64,000 nt of DNA from Octopus vulgaris (Eukaryota): positions 137,640,001 through 137,704,000 of the forward strand of contig OX597814.1 in the NCBI GenBank assembly GCA_951406725.2, read 5' to 3'. The notes below the pieces were generated by a model, which did not search any database, had not been told where the DNA came from, and worked only from the letters and a program-made list of their open reading frames with translations. A program made the translations under genes and the position numbers. The first letter of the stretch is position 1. Each line of letters begins with the position of its first letter. Of the stretch, positions 55,384 to 64,000 are shown piece by piece.

Positions 55384-56644
55384 TAATGCTTGCAAACATC
55401 AAGTTCAAAATTCATGTATTTTTAAATTATTCATGAATTAAACAAATAAGAAGTGTTAAATAGAATTAACATATCCAGAACTGGTTGTCCTCTTGTTATT
55501 TTGATAAAGCACTTTTGTTAACTCACGTCTTGTTATTCATTCTGGGTTACATCATTAACATTACATTCACTGAATTGAAATCCACTCCTTATTAGTAATA
55601 ATGCCAATCTACAAGTTTATGACACATTGTCACATACATGTATAACTAAAAATTCGACCACCAGACATAGCAACTATTTTAACCCAGCATTTTCAATGTT
55701 TCCTTTTCCATCAGTATTAGGTTTTTAACGCATGATTTTTGGATTGAACAGGTTCAGTCACATTTAGATATCCTAGGAATCAGAGCTGAACTGGCAAAAA
55801 TGGCAGTTATTCAAGTTCTGTTGCTGATATGACAGAAGCCTTACAGAACCTGTTACTTAAGCACTTGACTTATCTTGCTTGGCCAAACTGAATTACCTGA
55901 TAAACAATTCTACTAACAACTTGTTCGGAAAGAAATGAGACAAGAAGCATTTCTAATTTCCCTATCAACTATTGCTACAGTTTAGAGTTAACACTTTCCG
56001 TGAAAATTTATTTTGAGAAATGCTTTTGTCATGACAGCTAGCTGACATTTATCCTGCTTTGACTACTACAGATGAATTCCTTTTACCTAAGCCGGCAGTC
56101 CAAGCTGACAATTTTGTTGAAGTGCAAAATCTGATACTTGCTAGTTTTATTACCTTCATTTATAGGATACATTTATCAATTTGCTGGATCTTCTGGTCTC
56201 AAGTTGAGCCTAAATGATTGAAACCCTTGACATTCATTTCACCACAGATTATTCTTATCCAGACAATCTGAATCTTAGTTGGTACAATTTTAACTGAAAA
56301 GAATTACCAATGTAAAATTATCAATGAAAAGAATTATCCATCTTGCAAGGTCCCAGAAAATGATAAAACCAGAGAATAGATGAGGCAGCTCTTACCAGCA
56401 ACCATTTCAAGTATCACATATTGTAAGGTAAATAATCAAAGAAAGATTTCTTAGATAGTTGTGACTTTGATCGATGCATTAATTTTTCTTTGTTTTTTCA
56501 GCATTTATAATCAGAGTAGTTAATTCTCAAGGCAGTAAACTGATTCTCACTCAGTCAAAAATCTCAGTTTACTCCAAGTATTTGATTACACCACTTAAGG
56601 ATAATTATCATTACATGTACTGTTTCTGATTATTCTGCTTTACA

Positions 56645-57043
56645 TCTTCTTTTATGTGTTTCACTCATTGGACAGTGGCAATGCTGGAGTATTATCTTGA
56701 AGGGTTTTTATCAAGCAAATCAATCTCAATACTTATTTTCCTTTTTAATTTTAGTACTTATTCTATCAGTCTCTTTTGCTGAACTACTTACTATGTTACA
56801 GGGACATAAACAAACCAACACCATCAAACAGTGGTGGGGGTACAAACACAGACACAAACAAACATTTACATGCATATACAAAACAGGCTTCCACACTGTT
56901 TCCATCTACCAAATTCATTCACAAGGCATTGGTCAACCTGAGGCTATAGCAGAAGACACTTGCCCAAAGTGCTATGCAGTGGAATTGAACCCAAAGACAC
57001 ATGGGTGCAAAGCAAGCTTCTAACCCATACTGCTATGCTTGCA
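56645..57043 (-). mobile_element. SINE family A, old copy
   Basis: Diverged match to family A. Confidence 0.8.
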
Positions 57044-57149
57044 GTAAATGTTTTAACATATTTTAATCTTTTATCATTTGATAAAAGATATTGTATGACC
57101 AAATAATAAATCTATCCATTCACTGTGCTTCCTTGTATCAACAGTCTTC

Positions 57150-57465
57150 AAATAATGCATAGGTCATTGAGCAAAGATTTCCATATAAGCTAACTATACT
57201 ACCTTTAGAGAGGAAGAATTAGGGAATATTCTTAATAAAGGATATTAGTAGCTACCAGTATTAGTAACTGCTAATACCCTTTATTAAAGATTTTTCTTAA
57301 TTCTTCGTCTCTGAAGATAGTTTGTTTGGTATCCATAGAAATTTTTGCTCAATGACCTATGGACCACATACACAGCTATTCTAGAAACTTCTGTAAGAGA
57401 CTTTATTCATTAGTAGTATAGTTAGCTTATATGGAAATCTTTGCTCAATGACCTATGTATTATTT
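57150..57465. repeat. Foldback element with decayed hammerhead-like motif
   Basis: 57150-57201 pairs with 57413-57464, inner arms centre near 57260; TCT-CTGAAGA..GAAAC-TTCT-GTA-AGA at about 57308-57398. Confidence 0.75.
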
Positions 57466-57736
57466 TTTAACTTCTTGATCCCTTATTTATTCTAGCTACT
57501 CTGCAATTACGTTTGAATTATAAGTTACACACTCCAAAGTGATACCATGGGTTTTGCTTGTTCATTCTTTCTTTCTAATCTACCCATTCAATGATGAACT
57601 ACTTGTAGCCATCCTTTGCTAGGTGGCTTCAACACTACCTTTACTTTTGTTGCAGTGCAAGTCAGAGTTTTAGTGGTAAACCATCTCAAGCACTTAGTGT
57701 ACATACCTATTACATTACATCATCAGATGGAATTAT

Positions 57737-58070
<334 letters not shown>

Positions 58071-58437
58071 CCTCTATTTACATAATATCAAGGTCTCTTT
58101 CTTTCTTTTGTTATCTTACTGTTTTTACCAATATATATATATATAGTTATGTTATATCCCATTAGGAAGGCAGTAGAGTACAGTATAGAGCTCATCCACC
58201 TTCAGAATTACTGAGTAGTACCGGTGATAGTTTTATTATATACTTCCAAGTTTAAATTTGGGTATTCATCATGTGTGAATATAATATTGAAGGAATTGAA
58301 GTCAATTGCTGCAATTGTTGCGTCGAAACAAGTGTAGCGAATAATAAACAAATGTCCAACTGTACTCTTTCTTCTTGACTCCAATTTCTTCAATTACATA
58401 TATATATATATATATATATATCTACTATATAAATGTG

Positions 58438-58767
58438 GTGAGGGCGCGTGGCTTAGTGGTTAGGGCATTCGGCTCATGATCGTAAGGTTGTGAGTTCGAT
58501 TCCCGGCGACGCGTTGTGTCCTTGAGCAAGACACTTTATTTCACGTTGCTCCAGTCCACTCAGCTGGCAAAAATGAGTTGTACTTGTATTTCAAAGGGTC
58601 AGCCTTGTCACTCTCTGTGTCACGCTGATTATCCCCGAGAACTACGTTAAGGGTACACGTGTCTGTGGAATGCTCAGCTATTTGCACGTTAATTTCACGA
58701 GCAAGCTGTTCCGTTGATCGTATCAGCTGGGACCCTCGTCGTCGTAACCGGCGGAGTCTTTTTTTAG
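58438..58767 (+). mobile_element. tRNA-derived SINE family D
   Basis: tggcttagtggttagg and gagttcgattcc boxes; flanked by duplicated ATATAAATGTG; absent from Helitron copy 1. Confidence 0.88.
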
Positions 58768-59387
58768 ATATAAATGTGAGAGTATGTGGTTATGTATGTG
58801 TGTTTAGCACCAAAAAGGCTCAGAAACAGTGTATCTGCAAGAAAAACAAATTTGATTTTCAAAATCTGCATCCCAAAGACAATGTCATCTGTATATAATA
58901 AAAAAAGACAAATTTGCTTCAAGAAAGAACTCAACTTTTAGATTGACAACTCTCCTACTCTCTAACTGTCTCCATGAATCTATCTCTCTCTATTATTTAT
59001 CACACACTTTATTACTCTCTCTCTATATATATATATATGTATTATCTGCCATGCATTGCTTTCATTTTGTTTAAAACTTTGTCTTCCAATGTTTACTTAC
59101 ATTTTATCACAACTATTACACACAAACCCTGTTTTCCGATTGGGTAAAAATGATCAAATTTTAAACCTTTGTTTATTACATTTTTTCTGGAATAAATGAA
59201 TCACACACTTGGATTCAGTGTGAAAAAGTACATCAATATACCAAATTTGAAAATTTTCAAAATCTGTGGCAGCAACAGAAAAAATGTCTATCTCTTTCAT
59301 TTTTCACTTTTCTCATGGTAAACTGTCAGAAGGATTTAAACGATAATTTATTTCAGTTGCATGCTTTTCTGTTAGCAAATATGTTTT

Positions 59388-59422
<35 letters not shown>

Positions 59423-59447
59423 CACACACGCACACACGCACACACGC

Positions 59448-59531
<84 letters not shown>

Positions 59532-59894
59532 GCTTGGTGGTAGAAGATTAAAAATTTAAATTACAAAATATTTTTTGTTGCTTAAATCCCATCAGTCAGA
59601 TCATCATTTCATAAAATGAGGAGAAATACATGTCAGTAACAAAGAAACTAGGAAGGTATCAAGTGGTCATTGGATATGCAAGAAACAACAGCTAGGTCTC
59701 CCTCAAATTGCATACCTTTTCATCTGAAAATTATTTTGAAATTTCAAACAGAAATAAATTGCAGATTTGAGCTGTTTGTATTTGAAAACTAAGATTTAGA
59801 AAAATAAAAAATTTTAGCATTTTTGCACATGGGGATGGAGTTTATGGAAAACTTAAAAAAGATTTCACTATTGTTTTTAGATTACATTTCATTT

Positions 59895-60195
59895 TCTAAG
59901 ATACACACAAAAGCCGTTCAATTCACTTCAACATTCAAGTTTAATTTGTCAAAATATTTTCATCGCTTTAAGACCGCGACCTGTTCACTGACAAAGCACA
60001 GATTTTTGTCAGTGAACAGGTCGCGATCTTAAAGCGACGAAAATATTTTGACAAATTAAACTTGAATGTTGAAGTGAATCGAACGGCTTTTGTGTGTTTC
60101 TTAAATGGCTTACAAACACCTTCCACGCTGTAATTGTTTTCGTTTCAGCACACGATCTCAGATCAAATCACTTGCTATGCAAGTACATCTCCGTA
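59895..60195 (+). mobile_element. Penelope-like foldback insertion with 9-bp TSD
   Basis: Arms 59897-59995 and 60005-60103, unpaired tail to 60195; ATTTCATTT at 59886-59894 and 60196-60204; site empty in Helitron copy 1 (about 44455). Confidence 0.85.
60005..60055 (+). ncRNA. Variant hammerhead ribozyme with G3-C8 core (mirror copy on minus at 59945-59995)
   Basis: TTTGTCA-GTGAACA-G-GTCGC-gatcttaaa-GCGAC-GAAA-ATATTT|TGACAAA. Confidence 0.68.
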
Positions 60196-60654
60196 ATTTC
60201 ATTTACTGTTTGAAAATAAAGGAAGTGGGGATTGTAATGGTGCTTGCCGATTTCCAATTTTATTTTTTTTAACCTTCAAGGTTTCTGCTATCCTTTTTAA
60301 ATACATAGTACAAGAAAAAAAAAACAAAAAAAAAAACAAAGCAAAAGGCTAAAATCGGTACTGAGTGGGGGAGGGATTTGAAAAAATTCATAAACTTTTC
60401 AAAATTAAAAATTTTTTTTACCGAAAAGGTGCCTCCCATTATTTATAAGGGCATAGTACAAAAGAAAGATTGGATAAAATCGGTCCAGAGGTGGTGGGGG
60501 ATTCATAAATTCTCAAAGTCTTTCATCATTTGCAAGGGTGTGGTGGGAAAAAAAGTTGAAAAATGGAGAGAATCCAACTTATGTGGGTGTGCTATTCCAA
60601 AAGTCTGCCAAGGTATTCCATTGTGAAAATTACCTGGCAACGACGGGATAATAA

Positions 60655-60685
<31 letters not shown>

Positions 60686-60686
<1 letters not shown>

Positions 60687-60818
60687 CATCATCATCATCA
60701 TCATCGTTTAATGTCCGTTTTCTGCGCTAGCATGGGTTGGACGGTTCGACCGGGGTCTAGGAAGCCAGGGGCTGCACCAGGCTCCAGTCTGATCTGGCAG
60801 TGTTTCTACAGCTGGATG

Positions 60819-60821
<3 letters not shown>
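60686..60821 (-). mobile_element. RTE LINE extreme 3' end
   Basis: Matches 7569-7710. Confidence 0.88.
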
Positions 60822-60865
<44 letters not shown>

Positions 60866-60883
60866 TATACGTATATATATATA

Positions 60884-61330
60884 TATAAGGATCAAAATCA
60901 TGTTAATGATTTTTATCAAATAGTCAGCATGCTATAAAAATTTATAGACAATTAAAACATTAAATTAATAATAATGTACAATTATTTGGACTTATATGTG
61001 TATGGTGTTGATGAAGGAAGAAAGCTTATTTTTTGCTTTAATCCAGAAATTGGAACCAGTTCACAATTAACATGAGGTCTTTTTAATTTTCTCTCACTAG
61101 CCAGCTTTCAGCCATGTGTATATCTAGCTGGAGGTTTTGGTAGTTTTTTGAAGGTATCAGCACTTCAAGCATGCTGGAAACAAGTTCTTTTCACCCTGTC
61201 TCCTTTGATATAATTTTATAATTATATTCATGTGTACATTATTATCAAATTAATGTATTAATTGCCTATAAATTTTGATAGCATGCTGACTACTTGATAA
61301 AAATCATTAATGTGATTTTTATCCTTATAT
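60884..61330. repeat. Foldback element with about 100-bp arms and a spacer
   Basis: 60884-60982 pairs with 61233-61330; decayed TTGATGA-A-GGA..TCC-A-GAAA at about 61008-61049. Confidence 0.8.
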
Positions 61331-61619
61331 CCCTTCATGAATTAATAAATATATATATGTATACATATATATGTGTGTGTGTGTGTATATATATGTATAT
61401 ATAGATGAAATGTCGTGAGCAGCTTTTGCTGTCTTAGAACCTTGATTAAAAGCAAAACGAAGGAGGTGTTGAAAATGCTCGTTTTTCTTAACTTGACGTT
61501 CCATTTTAATGATCTGAGAATAAACAAAAATTAACTAAAATTAACTAGAAAAAAACAAAATAGATTCCAAAATGATTCAAAAATAGAATTCTTGAAAAAA
61601 TAGATTCCAAAATTTAAAA

Positions 61620-63090
61620 ACGCAATAAATTCCAAAGTCTAAAAAAATTGTGGGAACTTAGTTGCCAACCCAATAGATGAACGAATCGACAACCTCCAAG
61701 TAACTTACCCTTTACAAAAATTTTAGGTGGGTTACAAACAGCACCACATGCAGGTTGATACATTACAACTGTTTTTTTCAAGTTGATGGTCAAGCCAAAA
61801 TCACACAAGCCGAGTCAAATGCAGATACAAGAGATTGCAGACCTGTTTCAGAATGACTGACAAGATCGCAATTATCAGCATACAAAAGTTCCTTAATGAG
61901 TGAAGTAAAAAACCTTCATTTTGAATTTCAGTGTAGTCAGATTGAAAACATTCTCTGTTGTTCGATATTTTATGTAAATACCCTCCTCAGAGTTTTGAAA
62001 AGCATGTGACAACACAACAGCAAAGTATATTGCAAAGAGGGTGGGTGCATCAAGGTCTCCTTGCTTTACTCCATTTTCCATGGCAAAAGATTCAGAGAGC
62101 CTACCACCAAAGTTAACTCTAGCTTTCATATCTTGATGCAAAGCCCTGATCATGTTTACAAATTTTTCTGGGCAACCTATTTTCCTTAGAATTAGCCACA
62201 GAGCATTTCAATTAACAGTATCGAATGTTTTGCTCAAATCAACAAAGCAATGGTATAGAGCAAGATTATGTTCAATGCACTTTTCTTCTAATTGTCTGAC
62301 AGTAAAGATACAATCAGCTGTGCCCTTGGAGGAACGAAAACCACACTGAGACTTAGACACTATATTTGGAACTTAGACATTTGGTATTTAGACATTCTAA
62401 CAAAATGTGGGCAAGTACCTTTCCAACCACAGGCAAAAACAAAATCCCACGAAAATTACCACACAGATCCTTTGGCCCTGATTTATACAAGGAGACTAAA
62501 ATAGCATCAACCTAGTCTTGAGGCACTTTCTCAGTTCTCCAACAGTGACAAATTAATATATTTAAGTTTAAACATTTTGTCACCCCCATATTTCAAGACT
62601 TCTGCACAGATTCCATTGGACCCTGGAGACTTATTGTTATTCAGCTTATTCACAGCTAAATAAATGTCATTTAGAGTTGGTTCAAATGCTATATTTCTTC
62701 TATAACTGGAAGGTGTTCGATTTTTTCTATCATCCTCATGTCAGCAGATGATTGTCTATCCAAAAGTGCAGGAAAATGCTCCACCCAGCACTTATGAATA
62801 GAAGCGGTGCCAGTCAGAAGCAAATGTCTATTTGCTGATCTCACTGGAGCTATGGAAGAAGATTTTGGGCCATATACCTTCTTAACATAAGAGGACAAAC
62901 CCTTGGCATCATTTTTATCAGCTGCTTCTTGTGTCCCTTTTGCTCTATCATTCCACCATTCCTATTTAAGTTTTCTTAGAGCAGTCTGCACTTTCCTTTT
63001 CAGCTTTCTTTAAGCTTAGTTTGAATTGGGGTTCAAAGACTGAGAAAGAAGTGTAATGCCTAAGTTTTGTTTTTCTAATATTGATTAGTA
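61620..63090 (-). mobile_element. Decayed RTE (BovB-like) LINE ORF2 fragment
   Basis: MIRALHQDMKARV, NGVKQGDLDAPTLF, LLYADNCDL, FGLTINLKKT, KKVYGP motifs in broken frames. Confidence 0.9.
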
Positions 63091-63239
63091 AAGAATATCA
63101 TGAAATGTGGAGTCAGCAGTTGTAACGATAAAAATTTGGCTATGGTGAATCGAATCCACTTCATGCTTGCAAGATCCACTACATGTATGCTTGTTAATAC
63201 TTCCAATCAGTTAAGATGAGAAACCATGAGAGGCACTGA

Positions 63240-63389
63240 ATGCATGCATGCATGTATGTATGTATGTATGTATGTATGTATGTATGTATGTATGTATGTA
63301 TGTATGTATGTATGTATGTATGTATGTGTGTGTGTGTGTGTATGTATACACATATACGTATATAATATATATTTAGACACACACACCAA

Positions 63390-63443
<54 letters not shown>
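63240..63443. repeat. (ATGT)n/(TG)n/(CTAT)n microsatellites
   Basis: Directly visible. Confidence 0.97.
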
Positions 63444-63448
63444 ACTAT

Positions 63449-63597
63449 GTATTTTATTAATAAAACTGCAAAAACAGGAAAAGATCCCCAAAACATCACA
63501 AAAATTGTTACTCAGAGTTTCATGTCCCCCTTCGATGGACGTGTAACTCTGAGTAACAGTTTTTGTGATGATTTTGCAGCTTTATTAATAAAGCATA
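63449..63597. repeat. Short foldback containing only the 3' half of a hammerhead motif
   Basis: Arms centred near 63531; GAAACTCTGAGTA on minus at about 63509-63521. Confidence 0.75.
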
Positions 63598-64000
63598 ATA
63601 CTCTACCTCCGGTATTCGAGTACTGTTTTTTTCCACCTTGTTACACATTTACGTGCTTACTCTGGGGTTTCTAAATACATACACACATACATACACACGT
63701 GCGAGCACATACAAACACGCACACATATGTGTATATATATATTTGTATATTATATATGTATACACACACTTGCGTACGCTTACATTGAATGCATCATAGA
63801 TACTCTCAAACATACACATGCATTCATACGTGCATGCTTGTATTGCGCGTGTGCCCCTCCCCACAAAAGTAGATTGTGAAAGTAAGAATGCATAGAAAGA
63901 TTAAAGATTTCCGAATTATGTTTTTCACAGGACAGCGTATAAATCATAAGCGGAATATATTTATGTGCATCCTGTATGAGTATGTGTGATTGTAATTTAT

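Larger units (their letters stand above)
58421..60650 (+). mobile_element. Non-autonomous Helitron-like element, copy 2
   Basis: Same TCTACTATATAAATGTG start and colinear body as 41557-44930; 3' CTAG lost. Confidence 0.68.

Noticed and set aside
56248-56427. Exon-like segment on the plus strand (cacag| ... aag|gtaaat)
   Set aside because: No frame stays open across it and there is no linkable gene; more likely decayed repeat.

Overview
AT-rich, repeat-dense animal genomic DNA; the SINE, RTE and microsatellite content points to an octopus/cephalopod (inference). Read by hand, 1062-37653 (+) holds 11 short exons that splice in frame to about 343 aa of a divergent alpha-arrestin-like protein; the start exon lies upstream of the window and none of these exons is in the ORF track. 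It lacks a canonical PPxY motif and probably uses one GC-AG intron. The rest is transposon-derived: CR1-, RTE- and R4/Dong-like LINE fragments, four tRNA-derived SINE families, two mariner relics, a full-length Chapaev3-like element, hAT/piggyBac/Tc1 MITEs and non-autonomous Helitrons. The most striking signal is about ten foldback (inverted-repeat) elements from several unrelated sequence families, most carrying intact or decayed minimal type I hammerhead ribozyme motifs typical of Penelope-like elements. One has a compensatory G3-C8 swap in the catalytic core. All alignments were done by eye, so repeat boundaries are approximate.
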